64,000 nucleotides of DNA, from positions 3,068 to 67,067 of the forward strand of contig CAUTXO010000001.1 in the NCBI GenBank assembly GCA_963542625.1. The letters run 5' to 3'. The notes under the pieces are model-generated. The model made no database searches, was not told the DNA's origin, and was given only the letters and a program-made list of their open reading frames with translations. The position numbers and the translations under genes were made by a program. The DNA comes from an uncultured Helicobacteraceae bacterium. GTDB taxonomy: Bacteria > Campylobacterota > Campylobacteria > Campylobacterales > SZUA-545. This document shows positions 28,141 to 36,668 of this stretch, in pieces; within the stretch, counting starts at the first letter, position 1, and the number at the start of each line of letters is the position of its first letter.

Positions 28141-30461
28141 GCTAGAGCCTTTACGCGCGCCCTTAGGCAATCAAGCTCTATAAGCTCTGCGCGTGCAAGC
28201 TCGGCAAAAAGCGGCTCGCCGCAACCAATCGCCGCGGGCAAGCCAAGCTCGGCGCAACGCACCGCCATATGCGAATTTGCTCCGCCATAGCAAGTGATTA
28301 GCCCCGCGATGCCCTTGCCAAACAAAAAGTCATAGCCCGGGTCGGCGTTTTTTATGCAAACGATTTTGCCCGCTAGATCTTGCTCGTAAGGCTCGCCGCG
28401 GCTTGCCGTAACGCTTGCTAGCCCGATGAAATTTGCCTTGCCGCCGCCAATAAAAAACTCGTAAATATCGCTCTGCTGCGTGATTAAAGACGGCAGCTGC
28501 AAGGCTTTGGTGAATTCAAAGGCGTCTTTATTTTGCTTGATGTTTGTTAAAAATAAATTATCCAAATTGTCAAATTCTAGCGTGCTGTAAAGGTTTTTAA
28601 TAACGGCAAAGTCTAAAAACGCCAAGTCTTGCGCGCCGATGCCGCTTTTTGCGCCAAGATCCCCCAGCAAGGAGATTACTTGGCTTAGGTGGCGCGTGAA
28701 TAAAAATTTAGAATACTCGCGCGCTTCTATGGCGTCTTTTATGAATTTTACAAGCCCCGCCGCGCTTGTTTTTAAGCCGTTTTCTACGATCTGCGCGGAG
28801 ATTTTTTCTAGCTGAGCCTGACTAAACGCAAACTCTTTTGTGTCTTTAAACGCGCCCCCCCCCCCGCTGCTACGCGCGCCGAAATATCTATCGTAGTCCT
28901 CGTCGTATCGTGGCGATGTGATGTCGTAAGTGTTGGGGCGCAAATGCCCGTAAAGCTTTAGGAATTCGCCCTTTTCTAGGCGCGCAAAGTCTTTATTCAT
29001 CGTCTTAGAAACGGTGTTTATGCTAGCCAAAAACTCCGCGCGCTCTGGTTCGCTCATAATCCCCTCACTCACAAAAGAATTGAGAATTTGCGTGGCAATA
29101 AACGCCGCGCGCGCCAGCCCCGCAAAGGCTAGCGTGCCATAGCGCTTGCAATCTTCTGTGAGCCAATAAATCGTATCAATAAGCGGCAGCCCAGCATTCA
29201 TCACCGATGAAAATTTTTCATCTAGCAAGGCGATTTTCTCAAGGTCGCGCTGAAAATGCCCGCTCGGGGCTAAAATGCTATTGGTTAGATCCAAAAGCGC
29301 AAACTCAATGCGCTTGATTTCATTGGCGCTAAAGCCTTTGGATCTTAGCCTTTCTAAGCGCCCCGAAATGCCGAAAAAATAGCAAGAAAAGACAATCTCA
29401 AACTCGACCTTATCGTGCAAATGCGCGTTTTGCGCCAGCTCGTCCAGATAATATTCAACGAGTTTTTCGGCAATGTTTTCGTGCAAATTCTTTGGCAAAA
29501 AGGAGTTAAACGAAACGCGCACGTCAATGTATGGAATGCCAAAAAAGCTCACAAGCAGCGGAAACGAGCGCAAATTTCTGTAGCCATAATTGTCGCGCTG
29601 ATACGCCCAAATTTCATCCGTGATGAATTCTTTGTAAAGGCTAAGCGCTAGTTTTTTAGGCCTTAGCCCGATGATTTCAGCGGGGTTCCAATCAGGCATA
29701 ACGCCAAAAATGCTCCTTTTGCCAAGCAATTTTGGGTGGGGGCTGCTTAGTTTTTCGATTTTTTTAGAAAGCTTAGATAGCGCTAGATCTAGGTTCAGCG
29801 CGCTTTTGCCACTAGAATGCGTAAATGCAAGCGGCCTAGCTTGCAAGATAAACACCCGCTCATCGCAAACGGCAAACTCAATGTCAAGGGCGGGATTATC
29901 TAAAACGCTTTCAAGCTCGCGCGCGGCGTCTAAGATCCGCGCTAGATCTTTAGCGGCTGGCCTGTGATCTTTATAGCAAACAAAGGTCTTAAGATCTGCC
30001 TTGCCGCCTGCTGTAACGCTTGTTGTATCGCCGTTTTGTGAGTAATTGACGGTGTAATACGGCGCGCCAGAGGCGCTGAGTGTAAAAATCACGCCGCTAG
30101 CGCCAACGCCACTAAGCATTTCTTGCACAAAAACTTCATCTTGCGCGCAAGGGTTTTTATACGATGCAAAAACGCGCTCGATTGCCGCCTTAAGATCCGC
30201 CGCATTTGGCGCAACGTTTAAAACGCTCTCAAACGCCCCCGCGTTGCTAAAATGCTCTGCGTCTTCATTCACAGACGATGAGCGCACAATAAGCGGAGCG
30301 GAAAACTTTGCCAGCACCGCGCCCACAATGCCTGCCGCGTCTTTTTGAAAATCCGCGTAAGAAAACACGGCAAGCTCTAGCACGGCGGATTTTTTCAGGC
30401 GCCCTTGTAAAAATAAAAGAGTTTGTGCTTTGGAGCGGGTCATACTTTTTTTGCCATCCAC
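28137..30461 (-). CDS. PEP-utilising-enzyme family kinase (Cj1418-like; candidate L-glutamine kinase)
   Basis: 774 aa. An N-terminal PPDK_N/ATP-grasp-like region and a C-terminal phosphohistidine swivel domain (ITCYGGANSHMAVRCAELGLPAAIG). An alternative ATG at 30443 gives an ATGA overlap with the upstream stop. Confidence 0.8.
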   Translation of the reverse strand: MDGKKSMTRSKAQTLLFLQGRLKKSAVLELAVFSYADFQKDAAGIVGAVLAKFSAPLIVRSSSVNEDAEHFSNAGAFESVLNVAPNAADLKAAIERVFASYKNPCAQDEVFVQEMLSGVGASGVIFTLSASGAPYYTVNYSQNGDTTSVTAGGKADLKTFVCYKDHRPAAKDLARILDAARELESVLDNPALDIEFAVCDERVFILQARPLAFTHSSGKSALNLDLALSKLSKKIEKLSSPHPKLLGKRSIFGVMPDWNPAEIIGLRPKKLALSLYKEFITDEIWAYQRDNYGYRNLRSFPLLVSFFGIPYIDVRVSFNSFLPKNLHENIAEKLVEYYLDELAQNAHLHDKVEFEIVFSCYFFGISGRLERLRSKGFSANEIKRIEFALLDLTNSILAPSGHFQRDLEKIALLDEKFSSVMNAGLPLIDTIYWLTEDCKRYGTLAFAGLARAAFIATQILNSFVSEGIMSEPERAEFLASINTVSKTMNKDFARLEKGEFLKLYGHLRPNTYDITSPRYDEDYDRYFGARSSGGGGAFKDTKEFAFSQAQLEKISAQIVENGLKTSAAGLVKFIKDAIEAREYSKFLFTRHLSQVISLLGDLGAKSGIGAQDLAFLDFAVIKNLYSTLEFDNLDNLFLTNIKQNKDAFEFTKALQLPSLITQQSDIYEFFIGGGKANFIGLASVTASRGEPYEQDLAGKIVCIKNADPGYDFLFGKGIAGLITCYGGANSHMAVRCAELGLPAAIGCGEPLFAELARAELIELDCLRARVKALA
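28855..28865 (-). repeat. Poly-G(11) homopolymer inside the glutamine-kinase-like gene
   Basis: Run of 11 C on the + strand. It encodes GGGG in ...RSSGGGGAFKD and is in frame (ON) here. Confidence 0.95.
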
Positions 30462-31267
30462 ATTCTCGTTGTGTATTTGATGTCAAACTCAAGCGGCAAC
30501 GAATGCTCTAGTTTGTAGGCGATCTTGCCAAAAAGCGCTCTGCCTTCTTCGGTGCTAAGATCCCAGTATGGGTTTTTCACGCTCTGCCAGGCTTTGATGT
30601 AATTCTCCCTGCTTTGGCGGAAGTAAAAATCCTGCTCTATAAAGCAAATCTCATCAAAAAGCGCGCGCTGCGTTAGCAAAAATGGCTTTTGATCTTCGCG
30701 CCTAACGCCGCCTGAATAGTTTGGCAATAAGTCCTTGATGACTTCTTGCGCCGTTTCTTGGATTGGGTCGTCAAGATCCCTGTGATTCCACATACAAGCA
30801 AAGCAGCCGCGGGGCTTTAAGATCCTAGCCGTTTCTTTAAGCGCTAGCTCTCTATCTACCACGTTAAAGCTGCTGCCAAAGGTTACAAGATCAAAGCTAG
30901 CATCATCTAGCGTGGTTTCTGTTGCGCCCGCTTTATACCAGGTGGCGTCTTTGCCCTTTGTTCTTTCTATGCCGATTTCTCTCATTGCGTCGTTTGGCTC
31001 AACGGCGCTAACCTTCAAGCCCCGCTCTAGGAGCATAAGCGTTAGGTTTGCCGTGCCAGCGCCTAGATCTGCGGCAACGCCGCGCGGTTTTTCTTGTGCG
31101 CCGTTTTGCGCCCCGCCTTTGCCGCCAAACGCCCATTCGCAAAGCAAGTCTATTGCCTTTGGGCTGTAATTTGGGCGGTAGGTGTAAAACGCCGCGTGCT
31201 TAGTGTAGTTCCATTCTGTTTTGTAGAGCGTGGATTGCCCCCCCCCCCGCTGCTGTAAATTTTTCAT
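30440..31267 (-). CDS. Class I SAM-dependent methyltransferase (Cj1419/Cj1420-like)
   Basis: ADLGAGTANLTLML SAM motif I and FDLVTFGSSFNV motif. Poly-G tract at codons 7-10. Confidence 0.8.
   Translation of the reverse strand: MKNLQQRGGGQSTLYKTEWNYTKHAAFYTYRPNYSPKAIDLLCEWAFGGKGGAQNGAQEKPRGVAADLGAGTANLTLMLLERGLKVSAVEPNDAMREIGIERTKGKDATWYKAGATETTLDDASFDLVTFGSSFNVVDRELALKETARILKPRGCFACMWNHRDLDDPIQETAQEVIKDLLPNYSGGVRREDQKPFLLTQRALFDEICFIEQDFYFRQSRENYIKAWQSVKNPYWDLSTEEGRALFGKIAYKLEHSLPLEFDIKYTTRMWMAKKV
31238..31248 (-). repeat. Poly-G(11) homopolymer at codons 7-10 of the methyltransferase gene
   Basis: Run of 11 C on the + strand. It encodes MKNLQQRGGGQ and is in frame (ON). Confidence 0.95.
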
Positions 31268-31270
31268 TTT

Positions 31271-32035
31271 TCATATCCTTTGCGCCGTCCACGCTCTGAT
31301 TTTATACGGGACGGAAATTATGTCAAGTCCTGAGATCTTGCCTTCTATCATCGCCAAAACTTCCTCCCATTTGTCTCCCGCTTGCGCTTGAATGTCATTG
31401 ACGCTTTTCCACGCGCCGATGTAGCGCTCGCGGCTCATATGCTCGGTGTAGTCAATCTCTGCAAAAAAGCAATTCTTAAAATGCCCGCTGCTCTCAATGA
31501 CCGCCGTCCAGTCCTTGGTGTTTTGCGCCCCGCTTGAAACGCGCTTTAGATCTGGCAGCATTGCGCGGATCTGCTCTTCTATCTCATAAAACACCGTCCC
31601 TTCTTGCAAGTTGCGCGGATTCCACATCGCCGTGAATGAGCCGCCAGGCTTTAAGATCCGCCTAAACTCAGCAAGCGCCGCGGGCGCGTCCGTCCAGTGG
31701 AATGAGCTTGCCATTATCACCCAGTCGTAAGACCCTGCTTCTAGCCCCGTGCTCTCAGCGCTTGCCTTATGCCACGCTGCCTTAGTGTTTTTCGTGTATT
31801 CCACGCCCTCGCTTCGCATTGCGTCGTTTGGCTCAACGGCGGTAACAGCTAGCCCAATATTGCAAAGCATTTTTGTGAGCTTGCCCGTGCCCGCACCAAC
31901 TTCTGCGACCGCAAAATCTCCCCTTGCCGCGCCCCGCTCATTCACGCACAAAAAGAGCTTTTCTAATAGCACACTGCTATACGCGGGGCGGTTGTGGTAG
32001 TCCTTTGCCACCTGTGTAAAATCGCCTTGTTTCAC
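31271..32035 (-). CDS. Class I SAM-dependent methyltransferase (Cj1419/Cj1420-like)
   Basis: AEVGAGTGKLTKML motif I and YDWVIMASSFHW. Paralogous to the neighbouring methyltransferase. GTGA overlap with the upstream gene. Confidence 0.8.
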   Translation of the reverse strand: MKQGDFTQVAKDYHNRPAYSSVLLEKLFLCVNERGAARGDFAVAEVGAGTGKLTKMLCNIGLAVTAVEPNDAMRSEGVEYTKNTKAAWHKASAESTGLEAGSYDWVIMASSFHWTDAPAALAEFRRILKPGGSFTAMWNPRNLQEGTVFYEIEEQIRAMLPDLKRVSSGAQNTKDWTAVIESSGHFKNCFFAEIDYTEHMSRERYIGAWKSVNDIQAQAGDKWEEVLAMIEGKISGLDIISVPYKIRAWTAQRI

Positions 32036-32553
32036 TGTTCTCCTATCAATTTAAGAATTTGCGCCGCCTTTAGATCTAGGGCGTCTTGCCTTGTGTTGTC
32101 TATTTTTAAGTGGCAGTTTTTTGGCATATCAAAAGCTAAATCCATTCCAACGACGTTTTTTACGCCGCCATTTGCCCCGCTAGAAAAGCCGCTGTATAGC
32201 CCCTTTTGGTCGCGCCGTTTGAGCTCATCAAGGGAGCATTCTATAAAGATCTCGTAATACTCACGGACGTTTTTGCGGTTTTGCTCGAAGATCTCGCCAT
32301 AAAGAGACATCGTGGCGCAAACGACGTTAATATCCTGCCCGACCAAAAACGCGCACATAGCCGAGATCCGCCTAGCGTTTAAGAGCCTATCGGCGGGCGT
32401 GTGGCCTAGGTCGTTACCCAAAATGGCGCGGAAGGAGTCGCCGTCTAAAAATACTGTGTTTGGGTGGCGCTTTTTTAGGCGCGCAAAAACTTCTTTGCCG
32501 ATGGTGGTTTTGCCGCTACCGCTTAGCCCTGTGATCCAAATGAGTTTAGCCAT
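32032..32553 (-). CDS. APS-kinase-fold kinase (CysC/Cj1415-like; candidate cytidine diphosphoramidate 3'-kinase)
   Basis: MAKLIWITGLSGSGKTTIGKEV P-loop at the chosen ATG (32553), then FLDGD..R. The longer ORF to 32775 only adds repeat-encoded low-complexity sequence. Confidence 0.85.
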   Translation of the reverse strand: MAKLIWITGLSGSGKTTIGKEVFARLKKRHPNTVFLDGDSFRAILGNDLGHTPADRLLNARRISAMCAFLVGQDINVVCATMSLYGEIFEQNRKNVREYYEIFIECSLDELKRRDQKGLYSGFSSGANGGVKNVVGMDLAFDMPKNCHLKIDNTRQDALDLKAAQILKLIGEQ

Positions 32554-33922
32554 TTTTACCGCTTTGTGCTGGTGTGCGCGTTTGCGCTGGGGCGCTAGAT
32601 CTTGTGCTAGATCTTGCGGCGTTAGATCCAGCAAAGTTAGCACCAGCACCCATAAATCCTGCGGCGTCTTGCGCGGTTTGTTCGCCTTGCGCTTCTTGCG
32701 CGCCGTTAGATCCCGCGTTAGATCTCGCGCCACTGGATCTGCCATTTGCTGCGCGGATCTCATCACGCAAGGCAAGCACGCTTTCTACCACCGCGCATTT
32801 TTTGGCTTTGTAACGCAAAATAAACACGATGTTTTTCACAAAGCGCCTAAAAATAATCATCGGCTTTAACACCCCTAAGCGCTCTAAAAACCTAAGCACC
32901 GGCACGGTTAAAAGATGCGAATACTCGTAAGAATAATGAAACGAAAGCAAGTTTAATAAATTCACGCGTGAGTCGCCTAAAAGCTCTGCGCGGCAAATGG
33001 CGCTTTGGCTCATATCCGCCTTGGTGCAAAGCTTGTAGCCAGCGGCAAGATAAAGCGGCGCAAACATAGTCTCAAAGGCAAGCTGTTCTTCTTGGCTTAG
33101 GGCATCGTAAGTGATTTCTTTTTGCACTTCAAGCATCAGGTCTCCTTTAGCAGATTCATACTCCCAAGCCTTACCCATAAAGGTAGCCTTTAGCAAAGAT
33201 GGCGTAAATTCCAAGCCGACACGCTCGCAAAGATCTTTCATACAAACGTCTGGATCCATATGCAAATCTTCTAACCTAAGCGTGATGTAATTAGCAAGAT
33301 CCTTATGCAAAAAGTAATTTTTCATCCCGAATTTATACGCTTCTAATAAGCCCAAAACATAATTTACAGCCGTATTTTTTAACTTTTGCTTTAGCCTGAT
33401 GTGAGAAACGATGGCATTACTCATATCCCTAAACATATGCACGATAAAAACGTTTTTAAAGATAGCCTCTCGTTCTTTTAAGTAGAGCTCGCTCGGGTTT
33501 GAATGAATGTGCTCTACTATGTGCGTTACGTTTGTAAAATTAAAGCAAGCGGCAATAGCTGCGTAAAAACTTTCTATGTAATTTTTAACGGATCTTTGCC
33601 TAGCCGCTGCTGGAATAAAAACGTCCTTAAACTTCTGCGTATCAAAACTTAAGGTGTTTTTGCTGTAAAAAAAGTTATTTGCCGTGCTGAATTTATTCAC
33701 GTAAGGGTCTCTAAAAAAGCTCTCGCAAAGCATATCAAGCGACAAATCCATACGCGATGAAAAAAACTCATAACTATCAAAAAAACCGCTTGGCACAAAG
33801 GCAACGTTTTTATGCCCGTCTAGCATACTTTGAAGCAAGCTAGATCCGCTCCTGCTATGCACGTAAATATAGATGATTGTAAGATGTTCTAAACTTTTCA
33901 TTTTATCTGCAATAAATTCCAA
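32546..33922 (-). CDS. Sulfotransferase-fold protein (candidate phosphoramidate transferase) with low-complexity C-terminal tail
   Basis: IYVHSRSGSSLLQSMLDGH resembles the 5'-phosphosulfate-binding loop of bacterial sulfotransferases. An alternative ATG at 33901 gives an ATGA overlap. The last 70 aa or so are A/S/G/Q-rich. It overlaps the kinase start by 8 nt. Confidence 0.6.
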   Translation of the reverse strand: MEFIADKMKSLEHLTIIYIYVHSRSGSSLLQSMLDGHKNVAFVPSGFFDSYEFFSSRMDLSLDMLCESFFRDPYVNKFSTANNFFYSKNTLSFDTQKFKDVFIPAAARQRSVKNYIESFYAAIAACFNFTNVTHIVEHIHSNPSELYLKEREAIFKNVFIVHMFRDMSNAIVSHIRLKQKLKNTAVNYVLGLLEAYKFGMKNYFLHKDLANYITLRLEDLHMDPDVCMKDLCERVGLEFTPSLLKATFMGKAWEYESAKGDLMLEVQKEITYDALSQEEQLAFETMFAPLYLAAGYKLCTKADMSQSAICRAELLGDSRVNLLNLLSFHYSYEYSHLLTVPVLRFLERLGVLKPMIIFRRFVKNIVFILRYKAKKCAVVESVLALRDEIRAANGRSSGARSNAGSNGAQEAQGEQTAQDAAGFMGAGANFAGSNAARSSTRSSAPAQTRTPAQSGKNG

Positions 33923-35532
33923 AAGATGTATTCGTAATTTGCCCGCGCGCGCATATGATCTTCAAACATTTTCCAAATGCCCTTTTTGTTAAAGCGCTCA
34001 TCTAGGGATCCTATGCGCTCACTTAAGAGTTCTTTTAACTCGTTTCTAAACCAAGCGCCAAGCGGGACGCTAAAGCCCCTTTTTGGCCTAGCTGTTAGAT
34101 CTTGCGGGATTAGCCCCTTTAAAAGCTCGCGCAATAAAAATTTGTTTGCGCGCAAATAAAAGGGCAAAGAGTTTGCAAATTCCACAAAACGGCTATCCAA
34201 AAAAGGCGCAACGGCATCTAGCCCATAATAATAAGACGCACCAAAGGACTTCACAAAAACATCGCCTGTTAAATAATGCCTTTTATCAAGGGCGTTTAGG
34301 CTTTGTTCAATGTTACGTGGATCTAAGGGTGCGCGCTCTCCCAAAAGCTCATAAAACCCAAGACGCCTACCTTGCAAAAAATCCGCGCTAAAGACTTTTG
34401 AAAGATCCCAGGGCTTAAGAGCGCCAAAAACGGACGCGTAGATATTTTCAAGGCTTGGATTTTTCACAAAAAACGCGGCTTTTTTAAGCCTTTGCACGTT
34501 TGAATATTCAAATGCCAAGCCAAGCAAAGATCTAAGCGCACTAGGAATTGGGCGCAAAATCCTATACGCGCGCCTTGTGAATTGGTAGCGTTTATAGCCA
34601 AAAAAAAGCTCGTCCGCGCCATCGCCACCTAAAGCCACCTTAACGTGCTTGGCGGTTTCTTTGCAAAGTAGCATAAAAGCAAGGCTTGAAGTATCGCCAA
34701 AGGGCTCGTAATACGCCTTGCCAAAATCTTGCATCAGCGCCAAAACATCTTTTGCGCTAAAGATGAATTCAAAATGTTCGGTTTGCAAATATTTGGATGT
34801 TTGCGCAGCAAAGGGTGCTTCGTTATATGCGCGCTCTTTAAAAGCCACCGTAAATGTTTTTAGCTTTGATGTTTTTTTAGCAGCAATGGCGGCTAAAGCC
34901 GAGCTATCCACGCCCCCGCTTAAAAAAACGCCGATGTCTTCTTTTGGCGCTGGCAAACAAAGATCCAAAAGGCGCCTTGCTTCTTCTAGGGCTTCCTTTA
35001 GATTGTAGTTTTTTGCATCTTGCACGCTAGCGTAATAGATCTTTGGCGCTTCTAATTTTTTGCAAAATTCCAAATACATACCGCCGTAAAGCTTTTTTAC
35101 ACCGTCAAAATAGCAAGTGCCAAATGGGTAAAAGCCAAAGCTAACGAATTTAATCAGCACGTCTTGATTTGCGTTTTTTAAAAAATTTTCAGGTAGCAAA
35201 TCCGCCCTTAGCGCAAAGGCAAATTCGCCACCACCATAGGCGTAATACAAGGGCTTGCTACCGATTTTATCTTGCATAAGGTATAGCTTGCCAGCGGTTT
35301 TATCAAACAGCACAATTATAAATGTGCCGTAAAGTTTGTTTAAGATCCTAGCCGCGCCTAGCTTTCGCAATTCTTGCAAAAACTCTTCAGCGGTTTTTGC
35401 CTTGCTAAGATCTAGCGGTTCAAAAGTAGCGCCGTATATTGAGCCGTAAAAGCTAAGCTCAAAGTCTGCGCCTAAAATGTTATTGCCAAGATCTCCCGTA
35501 ATCTTTACGCCGTTTGCCGTGGTTAGGTTCAT
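33898..35532 (-). CDS. Asparagine-synthase-family amidoligase lacking the N-terminal Cys nucleophile
   Basis: PP-loop FLSGGVDSSALAAIA is present. The N-terminus MNLTTANG... has no Cys2, whereas the two paralogues start MCGI. Confidence 0.8.
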   Translation of the reverse strand: MNLTTANGVKITGDLGNNILGADFELSFYGSIYGATFEPLDLSKAKTAEEFLQELRKLGAARILNKLYGTFIIVLFDKTAGKLYLMQDKIGSKPLYYAYGGGEFAFALRADLLPENFLKNANQDVLIKFVSFGFYPFGTCYFDGVKKLYGGMYLEFCKKLEAPKIYYASVQDAKNYNLKEALEEARRLLDLCLPAPKEDIGVFLSGGVDSSALAAIAAKKTSKLKTFTVAFKERAYNEAPFAAQTSKYLQTEHFEFIFSAKDVLALMQDFGKAYYEPFGDTSSLAFMLLCKETAKHVKVALGGDGADELFFGYKRYQFTRRAYRILRPIPSALRSLLGLAFEYSNVQRLKKAAFFVKNPSLENIYASVFGALKPWDLSKVFSADFLQGRRLGFYELLGERAPLDPRNIEQSLNALDKRHYLTGDVFVKSFGASYYYGLDAVAPFLDSRFVEFANSLPFYLRANKFLLRELLKGLIPQDLTARPKRGFSVPLGAWFRNELKELLSERIGSLDERFNKKGIWKMFEDHMRARANYEYIFWNLLQIK

Positions 35533-36668
35533 TTGCCATCGCCATTTAAACGCAAAAATTCATACAAACCCGCTAGCTTAACGCTCCAGCTAAGCCTTTC
35601 TTTTGCCATTTTTTGCATATCTTTTTGCGCTTGCTCTAGATCTAGGGCATCGTAAAATTCCACAATACGCTCTAAATCAATCTGCGTTTCGTTTGCTTCA
35701 AGCTTTAAGGCAAAGCTTTCCTGCGCGTTTAGATCCACGTCATCATAAGCATAAACAAAGGGTATCCCCCGCGCAATGTATTCGCGCGTTTTTAGGGCGC
35801 AAGCTTGCTGTATTTTGTTGCGGAAAACAGCAAGGCTTGAGATGGCAAGGTCGCACGATGAAAACTCAAGATCTAGCTTCTCACGCCCAAGCAAACCGCA
35901 AACGGTTATATCAACAAGCGGGTTTTTAATAGAGCTAATATGCTGCTCTTGGCTAGCTGTAACTTTCCCTACAATTTTGAGCGAGATCTTTTTAGCGCCG
36001 CGATACGCCTTGGCGCCGGCTAAGATCCTATCCAAACCGTGCCAATGCGTAAAATTAGACGCTACAAAGATTATCCTAAGATCTATGACGCGCTTTTGCC
36101 TTTTTACAAAACTAAAAGCGTTTTCATCTATGCCGTTTGAAAAAACAAAAAACGGCTTAGCTCTTAAGATCTTGCGCTCTTGCAAGGCGGCAATCTCCCC
36201 CGTTACCGCAACAAACCCACGCACAAAATTCAAATAAAACAGCGACAAAATGCTTTCAACAAAAGCCTTTATTTTGTTTTTTACGCCACCGCTTGCGGAT
36301 ATTTCCATAATCTCGTTCGTATGATGCTCGGAAAATATTTTTTTGCCGTATTTAAGCGCAAAGAAAAAGGATGAAAAATCAGAATTTGCGTAGCGTAAAA
36401 CAATCAAATCATATTTATTCAAATCAACCGTTTTTGCAAGTAGGTAGTATCTAAAAAGCTTCCTAGCTATCCGGTCTATGGCGGGGTGAAAAAACGGCGC
36501 GGGGCTAACTAAATGCAAATTGCCATATGTGCCGTTTGTGCCAGAATTTAAAAGGATAAAGTCCATATCCAAGCCAGCCTTTGCGGCTAGAAGCGCCTGC
36601 TCTTTTAACTTTTTTTCAACACCGCAAATGCTACCTGATAAAAAAATATTAATGTGCGCTACTTTCAA
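35529..36668 (-). CDS. Glycosyltransferase, GT-B (group 1/GT4-like)
   Basis: FSNGIDENAF..., ...IFVASNF..HGLDRIL and LKTREYIARGIPFV resemble the GT4 donor-binding C-terminal half. Confidence 0.6.
   Translation of the reverse strand: MKVAHINIFLSGSICGVEKKLKEQALLAAKAGLDMDFILLNSGTNGTYGNLHLVSPAPFFHPAIDRIARKLFRYYLLAKTVDLNKYDLIVLRYANSDFSSFFFALKYGKKIFSEHHTNEIMEISASGGVKNKIKAFVESILSLFYLNFVRGFVAVTGEIAALQERKILRAKPFFVFSNGIDENAFSFVKRQKRVIDLRIIFVASNFTHWHGLDRILAGAKAYRGAKKISLKIVGKVTASQEQHISSIKNPLVDITVCGLLGREKLDLEFSSCDLAISSLAVFRNKIQQACALKTREYIARGIPFVYAYDDVDLNAQESFALKLEANETQIDLERIVEFYDALDLEQAQKDMQKMAKERLSWSVKLAGLYEFLRLNGDGK

Noticed and set aside
32554-32775. 74-codon N-terminal extension of the APS-kinase-fold gene (longest ORF)
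   Set aside because: The extension is repeat-encoded low complexity that overlaps the upstream gene. A canonical ATG directly precedes the P-loop (MAKLIWITGLSGSGKTT) at 32553.
32032-33922. Reading the kinase plus sulfotransferase-fold pair as a plain sulfation (PAPS) module
   Set aside because: This reading is not fully excluded but is disfavoured. No ATP sulfurylase is present in the window, and the pair is embedded in perfect synteny with the other five MeOPN-pathway gene types.
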